Positions 9,162 to 17,894 of a DNA stretch of 64,000 nucleotides are shown one piece after another. The position numbers and the translations under genes were made by a program. Source of the stretch: Elusimicrobiota bacterium (GTDB taxonomy: Bacteria > Elusimicrobiota > Elusimicrobia > UBA1565); the NCBI GenBank assembly GCA_043827405.1, contig JBDRPD010000060.1:1-64000 (forward strand). Reading direction: 5' to 3'. Under the pieces are notes generated by a model. The model ran no database searches. It saw nothing but the letters and a program-made list of their open reading frames with translations, and had not been told where the DNA came from. How positions within the stretch are numbered: position 1 is the first letter of the stretch; each line of letters begins with the position of its first letter.

Positions 9162-9680
9162 ATGCGCACGTCCCGGCCCGATATTTATCTCATCCTGCTG
9201 AGCGTCCTCTGGCTGGCGGCACCGGCCGGCGCCGCTTCCCGCACCGCCGGCGAGCTTAACCGGCAGGGCCGCCACGACGAGGCCGAAACAGCCGCGCACC
9301 GCGCGCTCCGGCAGAATCCCGACGACGGGCGAGCGCTGCTCGAGCTGGCCGTGGTCAACACCAGCCGCGCCATCGAGGCCGATCCGGACGCCGCCGACGC
9401 CTATGCCGTGCGGGCGATGGCCAACGACCTGCTGGGAAACCGCGACCGCGTGCTCCCCGACCTGCGCTCAGCAGCCTCCCGCAACCCCGACTACCGTCCC
9501 GCGCTCAACAGCATGGAGCGGGCGCTGGGCGCGGCCCCGGCGCGCAACGCGCCGGACACCGCCGCCCAGACCCCGGCCGCTCCGCCGGCCAATCAGTTCG
9601 TACTGCTGGGCGTGCTGCTGGTGGCGGTGGCGCTGGCGGGCGGGCTGATCGCCCTGATACTAAAGCTGTTCAAGCGCTAG
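9162..9680 (+). CDS. Membrane-anchored TPR protein (signal peptide, TPR, P/A linker, C-terminal TM)
   Basis: TPR-like A-L-x-x-N-P-D helices; C-terminal hydrophobic helix ending KLFKR. Confidence 0.7.
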   Translation: MRTSRPDIYLILLSVLWLAAPAGAASRTAGELNRQGRHDEAETAAHRALRQNPDDGRALLELAVVNTSRAIEADPDAADAYAVRAMANDLLGNRDRVLPDLRSAASRNPDYRPALNSMERALGAAPARNAPDTAAQTPAAPPANQFVLLGVLLVAVALAGGLIALILKLFKR

Positions 9681-11323
9681 GGAGACTCGGCGGGGCTGGA
9701 CTGGATACGTTCGCCGGTCGGCGAGTGGACTTTCAGCTTGCCGATGCCCTTGATTTCGCGCTCGCCCAGCTCCTCGAACTCGAACTTGGTCTCAGCGAGC
9801 CGGCGCGTCGCCTCGCTGACGGCGGCGCGGTTCGGCGCCGCTTCCTTCTCCATGCGCGAGGCGAGATTGACCACGTCGCCCAGCACGCTGTATTCGAGAC
9901 GCGAGGCGTAGCCGATATTGCCGACCACGGCGCGGCCGGAGTTGATGCCGATGCGCACGCGCGCCGCCGTAAGGTGCCGCTTCTCGGCCTCGCAGGCCCA
10001 AGTTTCTGGAATCGCGAGTGCGGCGCGCACGGCCTGGCAGGCGTAGAGCGCCGGGTCCGAGCGTCCCTCGCCCGGCTGCGCACCGAATATGCCCATAACC
10101 GCGTCGCCGATAAACTTGTTGACGTGCCCGCCCGCCTCCTGAATGCAGCGGGCCACCGTTTCGAGGTAGGGGTTGAGCGTCTCGCTGATCTCCTGCGGCG
10201 TCTTCTCGCGGCTGAGCGCGGTAAAGCCCTCCATGTCGACGAACAGGACCGTCACGTCCTTCTCCTGCACGTCCAGCCCGACGACGTCGTCGCGGGCGGA
10301 GGCCTCGACGATGCGCTGCACCACGTCCGGCGCGAAGTAGCGCGACATATTCTCCTCAACGCGGGCCAGGTCGGCCTGCCGCTTGAGCGTCAACTGCAGG
10401 CTGATGAGGCTGGCAAGAGCCGAGCCCAGATAAAGATCTTCATCCGTGAACGTCCCGCCGCGCCGCCGGTTGTCCATATAGAATACACCGAGACGGTCGC
10501 CCTTGCCCCACAGCGGCAGCAGCATGCCCGAGCTGATATCCTGAATGCTCTGGCTTTCGGAGCGGTCCCTGAGACGCGACTGGAGCAGAAACGTACGGTC
10601 CGGCGGCAGCGACCGCAGCAGCGCCGAGCTGAAGGAAAAATCGAGTATCTTGCCGAGGCTCTTGTCGCGCGCCATCCGCACCTCGAAGCCGCCGCCGGGC
10701 CGAACGAGCAGGATGGCCGCCACCTCGGCCCCCGCGATCTTGCTCGTCGCATAAGAAAGGAGCGTCGCCAAGGACTCCTCGACGTCCGGCATCTTGGCCA
10801 AACGCAAAACGAGCTCATGCAGCTGGCCGAAGTGCTCCTTGAGCTTGGGATCACCCGCGTCGACGAGCCGCGACTCTCCCTGCGCGATATCCTGGATAAT
10901 GCTTGACGGATCGGCCGCGGGAGCCGCGGCCGGCGCCTCCTCGGCCGCCTCGAGGCGCCACGAGCCGATGTCGATCCGATCGCCGGTCCGCAGCGTCACG
11001 GCGCTGGCGATCCGCGTACCGTTGATCTTCGTTCCGCTGATGCTGGGCTTGGGGCGGCCCGTTTCCGGCTGCGGGGCGACGCCGCCGTCTGTAATCGTCC
11101 AGACGCCGTCTTTCTCTACCAGATGGCAGTGCCAGCGACTGGTAAGCGCGCGCTGGCGCTCTCCGTCCGGAAGCACGAGCCGGCAGTCGCGCGATCGGCC
11201 GATCACAAAAGGAGAGCCCTCTAATTTGATCGCCGGGGCGCCGATCTGGGAATCTTCCCTTAAGAGCCAGCGGCCAAGACCGTTCTCAATAAATGAATGG
11301 GGGCCCACAATCATCAACTTCAT
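9677..11323 (-). CDS. FHA-GAF-class III adenylate cyclase
   Basis: FHA (IGRS, SRWH); GAF (LGVFYMDN, FTDEDL); cyclase LFVDMEGFT, KFIGDAVM, GDVVNLASRME. Confidence 0.9.
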   Translation of the reverse strand: MKLMIVGPHSFIENGLGRWLLREDSQIGAPAIKLEGSPFVIGRSRDCRLVLPDGERQRALTSRWHCHLVEKDGVWTITDGGVAPQPETGRPKPSISGTKINGTRIASAVTLRTGDRIDIGSWRLEAAEEAPAAAPAADPSSIIQDIAQGESRLVDAGDPKLKEHFGQLHELVLRLAKMPDVEESLATLLSYATSKIAGAEVAAILLVRPGGGFEVRMARDKSLGKILDFSFSSALLRSLPPDRTFLLQSRLRDRSESQSIQDISSGMLLPLWGKGDRLGVFYMDNRRRGGTFTDEDLYLGSALASLISLQLTLKRQADLARVEENMSRYFAPDVVQRIVEASARDDVVGLDVQEKDVTVLFVDMEGFTALSREKTPQEISETLNPYLETVARCIQEAGGHVNKFIGDAVMGIFGAQPGEGRSDPALYACQAVRAALAIPETWACEAEKRHLTAARVRIGINSGRAVVGNIGYASRLEYSVLGDVVNLASRMEKEAAPNRAAVSEATRRLAETKFEFEELGEREIKGIGKLKVHSPTGERIQSSPAESP

Positions 11324-11401
11324 ACTGCGAAAAGTTTAGCTGTAATCGAGCAAATCCGCAAGAATTACCCCCCGAACGAAACCGCGCCGCAAGAGCGGGA
11401 C

Positions 11402-11430
11402 TTGACAGCATCGGTACAGCCTGATATATA
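11402..11430 (+). promoter_or_regulatory. Sigma70-type promoter upstream of rnd
   Basis: TTGACA followed after 17 nt by TATATA. Confidence 0.5.
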
Positions 11431-11451
11431 TGTATGGACTTAGATGGATGC

Positions 11452-11490
11452 AGCCTGGAACGCCGACCGGGTTCCAGGCTATTTCTATTT
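11452..11490 (+). terminator. Terminator-like hairpin in the rnd leader
   Basis: AGCCTGGAAC-N9-GTTCCAGGCT perfect 10-bp stem followed by ATTTCTATTT. Confidence 0.55.
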
Positions 11491-11520
11491 ATACCCTGAA
11501 CAAATTCGGCACAACACTGA

Positions 11521-12738
11521 ATGAGCGATAAAGAACTTCCGCCCGCCCGCATGATCGCGACGCTCAAAGAGCTTGAGTCGTTCGCCAAAGAGCTCAAGAA
11601 CGAGAAGAGCATCGCGGTCGACATCGAATCGGACGGCTTCTACGTCTATCATGAGAAAGTCTGCCTGGTACAGTTGACGACCAGCCGCGGCGACTTCATC
11701 GTGGACCCCCTGGCGGTCAAGGACATGTCTCCCCTCGGCCCGATGTTTCGCAACGCCAAGATTCAGAAGCTGTTCCACGCCGGCGAATACGACATCGTCT
11801 GTCTTAAACGTGATTTCGGCTTTACTATCAAGAATATTTTCGACACCATGGTTGCCTCCCGCATACTCGGAGAAGACCGGCTGGGGCTGGCGCGGCTCAT
11901 TGAGAAGCACTTCCAGGTAAAGATTTCAAAAAAACTGCAGCGCGCAAATTGGGGAAAACGGCCGCTGACGCCGGAGCAGTGCAAATATGCCCGGCTCGAC
12001 ACCCACTACCTGCATGCCCTGCGCGACATCCTCACCGCGGAGCTCGAAGCGCGGGGACTGCTGCAGGACGCCATCGACGCCTTCGCGCACCAGGAGCTCG
12101 CCGAACCGCAGGAACGGAAGTTCAGCCCGGACGACTTCTGGCATATCCACGGCGCGCGCGAACTCCCGGCCCAGAAGCGCGCCGTTCTGCGGGCGCTGTA
12201 TCTCTTTCGCGAGAAGAAATCCGCGGCGCTGGACCGGGCGCCGTTTCGCGTGCTGTCTGAGCAGCTGCTCGTCATCATCGCGGAAAAATGTCCCAAGACG
12301 CTTGACGCGCTCAGGGATATGCGGGGGATGACGCCGTACCTTTTCAATCACTTCGGCAAGGACCTGCACAAGAACATCACGGCGGGCCTGGCTTCGCCCC
12401 CGATCGAAAAGCCCCCCGAACGCAACCATAAGAATCGCTGGGATTCCGATACCATGCGGCGCTACGAAGCCCTTCGCGCCTGGCGCAAGCAGCTGGCCGC
12501 CGAGCGCGGCGTCAACCCCGTAGTCATCCTCGCGACCGACGAACTCCGTGAGGTTTCACAAGCGCCAAAGAAGAACCCCTCCGCGGACCACTGGCTCGAC
12601 GGTCTCAGCGAACACAAGCAGCTCACTTACGGGAAAGCCCTTCTGGAAGTCCTGAACCGGCCGATACCCGTCAACAAAGGGCGGCGCCGGCGGCGCCGGT
12701 CAAAGCGCCAGGACGCGAAAAAGCCAGCGGACGAATAG
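11521..12738 (+). CDS. rnd: Ribonuclease D (DEDDy exonuclease with HRDC domains)
   Basis: AVDIESD, FHAGEYD, FDTMVA, NWGKRPL, YARLDTHYL; HRDC-like C-terminal domains. Confidence 0.88.
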   Translation: MSDKELPPARMIATLKELESFAKELKNEKSIAVDIESDGFYVYHEKVCLVQLTTSRGDFIVDPLAVKDMSPLGPMFRNAKIQKLFHAGEYDIVCLKRDFGFTIKNIFDTMVASRILGEDRLGLARLIEKHFQVKISKKLQRANWGKRPLTPEQCKYARLDTHYLHALRDILTAELEARGLLQDAIDAFAHQELAEPQERKFSPDDFWHIHGARELPAQKRAVLRALYLFREKKSAALDRAPFRVLSEQLLVIIAEKCPKTLDALRDMRGMTPYLFNHFGKDLHKNITAGLASPPIEKPPERNHKNRWDSDTMRRYEALRAWRKQLAAERGVNPVVILATDELREVSQAPKKNPSADHWLDGLSEHKQLTYGKALLEVLNRPIPVNKGRRRRRRSKRQDAKKPADE

Positions 12739-13140
12739 GACGACGATAACGGCTCCCGCAGGGATAATGATGCCCCACAGGGAGATCGCTTCAAGATTCA
12801 CCGAAAAACCGAAACCCAGCTTCTCGGCCAAGCTGATATCCGAATATTCGTCGTCTTTCTTGGGGGCGAAGCTGCGCCCCGCGGGGGTCATGGGCGGAAG
12901 GTCGTCGATTACGTCGTAGAGGACCTCCTCCGTCTCGGCGACGGGAAAACCCGCGGTGCGAAGATACTCGTAGGCATCCCGCACCTCAATAAAACGCTTG
13001 GTGAATGACTGCGCCTCGGCGGCGGAGCGGGCACGGTCGGGATGGCAGCGCATAGCCTGCCGGCGGTAGGCCTGCTGAACCTCCTTGGGAGACGCTCCGG
13101 CCTCCACGTCCAGAATTGAATAAGCCTCTTCCGTCGTCAT
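12700..13140 (-). CDS. J-domain protein with C-terminal TM helix
   Basis: AYSILDV, AYRRQAMRCHPDR (HPD motif), AYEYL; hydrophobic C-terminus. Confidence 0.85.
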   Translation of the reverse strand: MTTEEAYSILDVEAGASPKEVQQAYRRQAMRCHPDRARSAAEAQSFTKRFIEVRDAYEYLRTAGFPVAETEEVLYDVIDDLPPMTPAGRSFAPKKDDEYSDISLAEKLGFGFSVNLEAISLWGIIIPAGAVIVVLFVRWLFRVLAL

Positions 13141-13296
13141 ATGGACGCCGGCGATAGCTTAACATTTCGTTTACTTCGCCGTAATAAAACCGCCATGCCC
13201 ATCTGGTAGAGTGATGGCGGCGGACAACAACAGTCAAGGCGTACATTAGGGCGACAACAGAAAAACAACCGTAAAAGCGACAAAAAACCACCACCC

Positions 13297-13332
13297 AAAA
13301 AACGGCCGGAGGTTTACCTCCTGGCCGTTTTT
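13297..13332. terminator. Intrinsic terminator at the rlmN 3' end (potentially bidirectional)
   Basis: AAAAAA-CGGCCGGAGG-ttta-CCTCCTGGCCG-TTTTT. Confidence 0.75.
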
Positions 13333-14362
13333 ATTGCTCGGATATCAGCTGTCCGCAGGCGCCCCGGATATCCATGCCGAGGCTTTTGCGGATGGTCACC
13401 GTGGCGCCGCGGCCGCGCAGCCAGTCACGAAACTGCTGCGCGTTTTCTCTGGTCGGCGCTCGGAGCGGAGTATCGATGGGATTCCACGCGATCAGGTTGA
13501 CGTGTAGGAGATCCGCCCGGCCGGTCTTGTGCAGAAAACGAATAAGCTCCTGGGCATTCTTCTTGCCGTCGTTTTCTCCGGCGATAAGGACGTATTCCAG
13601 GAATATCTTGCGCCGCGTCTTGGCCAGCACTTCGCTTAAGGTCTCGGCCAGCTGCTCCAAAGGATAGGCCTTATTGACCGGAACCAGACGGCTGCGCAGC
13701 CGCTCGGTGGCGGCATGCAGGGACACCGCCAGGTTGACCTGCGGAAACGCTTCAATAAGGCGCTTCATCCCGGGCAGGATGCCGACCGTCGAAACCGAGA
13801 CATGCCGCGCCGCCAGACCCAAGCGCTCGGGATCGAGCAGTATCCGCAGGCTTGAGAGCACGTTGTCTATATTATGCAGCGGCTCTCCCATGCCCATATA
13901 GACGACGTTCGACAGCCGCCCCCCGAGCCGCTTGCGCCGCAGGTACTGGCGCCAGAACAGCACCTGGTCGGCGATCTCTTCGGCGCTGAGATTGCGGCGC
14001 AGGCCCATAACCCCGGTGGCGCAGAAAATGCAGCCCATCGCGCAGCCGACCTGCGAAGAGACGCAGGCCGACCAGTCGCCGGAAGGCTTGGGCCGCAGCA
14101 GCACGGACTCGACAAGCTTGCCGTCCGCCAGCCGCAGCAGCGCCTTGTACGCCCGACGGCTTGCCGATGCAAAGACCTTCTTGGGAGTGAAGCTCAGCAC
14201 CGGGGCGCGCTTGGCCAGGTCGGCGCGCAGCTGCTTGGGTAAAGCCGTGACTTCCTCGTAGGATGAGGCGCCGTCCTGGTAGACCGCGCGCAGTATCTGC
14301 GTCAGGCGGTAGGAGGGCTGCTTAAGGCGCTTGAGCGCTTCGCGGACCTTGATCGCGTCCAT
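13331..14362 (-). CDS. rlmN: 23S rRNA A2503/tRNA C2-methyltransferase (radical SAM)
   Basis: CVSSQVGCAMGCIFCATG, MGMGEP, SLHA, EYVLI, ACGQL. Confidence 0.93.
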   Translation of the reverse strand: MDAIKVREALKRLKQPSYRLTQILRAVYQDGASSYEEVTALPKQLRADLAKRAPVLSFTPKKVFASASRRAYKALLRLADGKLVESVLLRPKPSGDWSACVSSQVGCAMGCIFCATGVMGLRRNLSAEEIADQVLFWRQYLRRKRLGGRLSNVVYMGMGEPLHNIDNVLSSLRILLDPERLGLAARHVSVSTVGILPGMKRLIEAFPQVNLAVSLHAATERLRSRLVPVNKAYPLEQLAETLSEVLAKTRRKIFLEYVLIAGENDGKKNAQELIRFLHKTGRADLLHVNLIAWNPIDTPLRAPTRENAQQFRDWLRGRGATVTIRKSLGMDIRGACGQLISEQ

Positions 14363-14431
14363 GCGGCGATTGTAACAAATGCCCCCCTCCATCTTGCGGC
14401 ACCCCCCCGCGTCTGATAATATGGCAGCAGC

Positions 14432-15109
14432 ATGGTCGACGTACTCAAGCAGAACTTCGTGATCGCGCGGCTGGCGGACTACTGCAACTTCAGCCAGAGC
14501 TTCGAACGCGCCGGCACGCGCGACCCCATCGCCTACCTCTGGGGCAAGCTCCGCGAAATCGAACAGCCGCTCCTCGATCTCAAGCAGGAGCTGCTCGAGG
14601 ATTCCGTGCGCCGGTTCTTCACCGACCTAAACCGAGACAAGGCGAGCGAGAGCACGCTGGCCGACTTGCTGCAGCTGCTGGACAGCTATCTCTCGCGCGG
14701 CGACTTCGCGGATGCGGCCTTCCATCTCGACTGGGGCAGCCTGCAGGACCCGTCCCGCCGCCAGCATGCCTGGGATTTCATACAGCCGCTGCAGGCGCAC
14801 AGCCTGCTCGATGAAGACGACAAGCCCGCGGAGCAGCGCGGCAAGAACTGGGAGCGCATCGTCGGCGACATTCGCAAGCGGCTGGGCTACGACGTAATCG
14901 AGCGCTGCCACGCGCGCAAGCCGCTGACCGCCCGCCGTCTGCGCTTCTTCCTGCGCCGCGCGCGCTTCCAGTCCGCCGACTTCTGCGCGGTATTCCGCTT
15001 CCCGATTCACGAGGGAGACACCTTCACTCCCTTCATCCTGCCCCGGGTGGAAGGCCTGATCGCGGCCAACCGCCGCCTGCTGCAAATGCTAAGGAAGCGC
15101 CCGTCCTAA
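14432..15109 (+). CDS. Hypothetical protein
   Basis: 225-aa ORF divergent from rlmN with typical codon bias; no family recognised. Confidence 0.7.
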   Translation: MVDVLKQNFVIARLADYCNFSQSFERAGTRDPIAYLWGKLREIEQPLLDLKQELLEDSVRRFFTDLNRDKASESTLADLLQLLDSYLSRGDFADAAFHLDWGSLQDPSRRQHAWDFIQPLQAHSLLDEDDKPAEQRGKNWERIVGDIRKRLGYDVIERCHARKPLTARRLRFFLRRARFQSADFCAVFRFPIHEGDTFTPFILPRVEGLIAANRRLLQMLRKRPS

Positions 15110-15117
15110 AGGACGGG

Positions 15118-15306
15118 TTATTTCATCGGCGGGATGCCGAGCGCCTTACAGATCTTGCGCGCGGCGAAATCGGCAACCTCGGGGTGGCGAGTTACCGGCG
15201 TTTCGACCTCGGTCTTGGAATTGACGTAAATCGAGTACTTGCCGCCTTCGCGGTCGAGCTCGCAGCCGTGCTTGTTGAGATGTTTTAACAGGTCTCGCAG
15301 TTTCAT
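15118..15306 (-). CDS. hicA: HicA-family (dsRBD-like) toxin homolog, orphan
   Basis: MKLRDLLKHL-x-x-HGC-x-L-x-REGG...RHPEV...ARKICKALGIP pattern; GAGG-type SD upstream. Confidence 0.8.
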   Translation of the reverse strand: MKLRDLLKHLNKHGCELDREGGKYSIYVNSKTEVETPVTRHPEVADFAARKICKALGIPPMK

Positions 15307-15333
15307 ATCGCCTCCTCTCGGATGATACCAAAC

Positions 15334-16110
15334 TTAAAATCCAAGAACCAACTCGATCGGGCAGTGATCGGACCCCATGATCCCGTCGTGAATCGCCGCG
15401 CTCTGCAGGCGGCGCTTGAGCGGCGCGGAAACGAAGAAGTAATCGATGCGCCAGCCGACGTTGCGCTCGCGCGCGCGGCTCTTCATGTCCCACCAGGTAT
15501 AGCGATCCGGAGCTTCCTCGAAATGCCGGAAACTGTCGATGAACCCGGCCGCCAGCAGGCGGTCGATCCAGGCCCGCTCCTCCGGCAGAAAACCCGAGGA
15601 CTTGGCGTTCTCCTTCGGCCGCGCCAGGTCGATCTCCCGGTGCGCGGTATTGACGTCGCCGCAGACGACGATATTCCGACGTCCCCCGTCTTGGTACGTC
15701 TGCAGCGTCTCGAGAAAGGCGTCGTAGAACCGCAGCTTGTACTGCAGCCGTTCCGGCCCGGACGTGCCGTTGGGGAAGTAGACATTAAACAGCGAAAACT
15801 CCGGATAGTGATGAATTAGGACGCGTCCCTCACGGTCGAACTCAACTCGGCCCAGGCCGCGCTCGATCTTCTTCGGCTTGGGCCGGCTATAGGTCGAAAC
15901 GCCGCTGTAGCCCTTGCGCTCCGCCCAGCAAAACTCGGCGCCGTAGCCCGGGACCTCCAACAGCTCGGCCGTAAGCTGAGACGGCATCGCCTTGGTCTCC
16001 TGCAGACAGAGAATGTCCGGAGCCTCCGCCTTCAGCCAGGGGACAAGTCCCTTGCGCGCCGCGGCACGGATGCCGTTGACGTTCCAGGAAAGAAGGCGGT
16101 ACTCCTTCAC
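15334..16110 (-). CDS. xth: Exodeoxyribonuclease III / AP endonuclease
   Basis: SWNVNGIRA, LQETK, GYSGV, CGDVN, GWRIDY, GSDHCP; GTG start overlaps upstream TGA. Confidence 0.95.
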   Translation of the reverse strand: MKEYRLLSWNVNGIRAAARKGLVPWLKAEAPDILCLQETKAMPSQLTAELLEVPGYGAEFCWAERKGYSGVSTYSRPKPKKIERGLGRVEFDREGRVLIHHYPEFSLFNVYFPNGTSGPERLQYKLRFYDAFLETLQTYQDGGRRNIVVCGDVNTAHREIDLARPKENAKSSGFLPEERAWIDRLLAAGFIDSFRHFEEAPDRYTWWDMKSRARERNVGWRIDYFFVSAPLKRRLQSAAIHDGIMGSDHCPIELVLGF

Positions 16111-16577
16111 TCCTCTGCTTCCGCGGCGGCGGCGCCGGAGCGGCGGACCAGACTGCGCGCCGTGACCTCGACGCACAGTCGCTTGTAGATGCCGAGTATG
16201 CTGGTGGTGTGCTCGTCCACCCGGACGTCGTAAAGCCCGATAACATCCGGATGCTCGCGGCGGATATTCTCCACCGCCCGGCGGTAGCCGCCGTCGCCCA
16301 CGGCGCCCGAGATGCTCTGCGAACGCAGCGACGCCGAAATGGGAATCGACAGCCCATGCTGGCAGCTTTTGCCGAAAACCTCGGCGGCCGGCACCGCGTC
16401 CGGCGGCAGTTCGCGGCGCGTCATCAGCACCGAGGACAGCGGCCCCTGCGAGTTGTAAAAGACGATAAATCCCCCCATCCGGATAAGGCCCGGCCGCGCC
16501 TGGTAGCTTTCACGATCGGCCCGCGCCGAAGGCGCGGCACAGAGCAGCGTCAGGAGAAGGACCGCCGCGCTTCTCAC
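16107..16577 (-). CDS. TRL-like family exported protein
   Basis: GKSC...GDGGY..A...DVRVD...SILGIYKRLC.EV pattern; signal peptide; GTGA overlap. Confidence 0.6.
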   Translation of the reverse strand: MRSAAVLLLTLLCAAPSARADRESYQARPGLIRMGGFIVFYNSQGPLSSVLMTRRELPPDAVPAAEVFGKSCQHGLSIPISASLRSQSISGAVGDGGYRRAVENIRREHPDVIGLYDVRVDEHTTSILGIYKRLCVEVTARSLVRRSGAAAAEAEE

Positions 16578-16918
16578 GAACGGCCGACCCGTCCCGTGAC
16601 CACGGTACACATGCGGGAATAGATGCCGAACAGCACCGACTTCACCTTGACGTCGCTCTGCACATCATAGAGAACGGCGCCCGGATCGTCTTGCAGCGCG
16701 TCGCCGACCGCCGCCGCGTAGCCCGCGTCGCCCCAGGCGAACATCCAGAGCGCCGCCTGGTAGCAGGCGGTCCCGGAAACCCGCGCATCCGAGTGACTCG
16801 CCTTCACGTCGGAAGGCGTGGCCGACCGGTAGGCCCGCGGACCATGGATGTTGGTGTAGAGGCAGCCGCTCGACAGCACCGCCGACAGAACGACGACAAT
16901 AATCGGTATTCGTTTCAT
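16574..16918 (-). CDS. TRL-like family lipoprotein
   Basis: Lipobox SSGC; GTAC...FAWGDAG..AA...DV...SVLFGIYSRMCT.VTG. Confidence 0.7.
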   Translation of the reverse strand: MKRIPIIVVVLSAVLSSGCLYTNIHGPRAYRSATPSDVKASHSDARVSGTACYQAALWMFAWGDAGYAAAVGDALQDDPGAVLYDVQSDVKVKSVLFGIYSRMCTVVTGRVGRS

Positions 16919-16979
16919 GTCCCCATTTTACCAAAGTCCCCGCTTGCGGGCGGACACCGTCTCTGGTATGCTCACAGGC

Positions 16980-17894
16980 ATGAGCGACGCGGTTTTCCTG
17001 GACGGCGTCACCAAAAGCTTCGACGGGCATACCGCCGTCGAAGATCTTAATCTGCGCGTACCCGAAGGCTCGGTCTACGGCTTCATCGGCCCCAACGGCT
17101 CCGGCAAGACCACCACCCTGCGCATCATCATGCATATCCTGCTGGCCGACCGGGGCACGGTCGAGGTCCTGGGCCGCCCCAGCGTACGAGCGGCCAACGA
17201 CGCGGTCGGCTACCTGCCCGAAGAGCGCGGACTTTACCGAAAAATGAGCGTGAACAGAGTACTGCGCTACTTCGCGGCGCTCAAGGGCATGCCGCCGGTT
17301 CACGCGCGGACGGAGATCAAACGCTGGCTTAAGCGCATGGACCTCGCGGAATGGGGCGGCCGGAGCGTGGAATCCCTATCCAAGGGCATGTCCCAGAAGC
17401 TGCAGTTCATCGCCGCCGTAATTTCGCGGCCGCGGCTGGTGCTCCTCGACGAGCCCTTTTCGGGGCTCGACCCCATCAACCTGGAGGTGCTGCGCGAGGC
17501 CGTCCTCGAGCTGCGCGCCCAAGGCACTACCGTGATCCTGTCCACGCACGACATGACCCTCGCCGAGGAGATGTGCGACTTCATCTGCATGATCTTCCGG
17601 GGCGGCAAGGTGCTCGACGGTACGCTCGACGCCATCAAGGATCGTTACGGCACGGACACGGTTCGCCTGCGCCTGGAGGGCGGCGGCTCCCACCTTAAGG
17701 GCTTTCCCGGCCTGGAGTCGATACGGGACCTCGGACGCTTCCAGGAAGTACGGCTCACGACCGATCCCCAGGAGCTATTGACGCACTTGGCGTCGCGAAC
17801 CAAGGTGCGCCATTTCGAGGTGGTGCGTCCGTCCCTCAAAGACATCTTTATCCGCATCGCGGGCATCACGGACGGCGAGGACGGTCATGCGTAG
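16980..17894 (+). CDS. ABC-2 exporter ATP-binding protein (YhaQ/NatA-like)
   Basis: GPNGSGKTT, LSKGMSQK, LLDEPFSGLD, STH. Confidence 0.92.
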   Translation: MSDAVFLDGVTKSFDGHTAVEDLNLRVPEGSVYGFIGPNGSGKTTTLRIIMHILLADRGTVEVLGRPSVRAANDAVGYLPEERGLYRKMSVNRVLRYFAALKGMPPVHARTEIKRWLKRMDLAEWGGRSVESLSKGMSQKLQFIAAVISRPRLVLLDEPFSGLDPINLEVLREAVLELRAQGTTVILSTHDMTLAEEMCDFICMIFRGGKVLDGTLDAIKDRYGTDTVRLRLEGGGSHLKGFPGLESIRDLGRFQEVRLTTDPQELLTHLASRTKVRHFEVVRPSLKDIFIRIAGITDGEDGHA

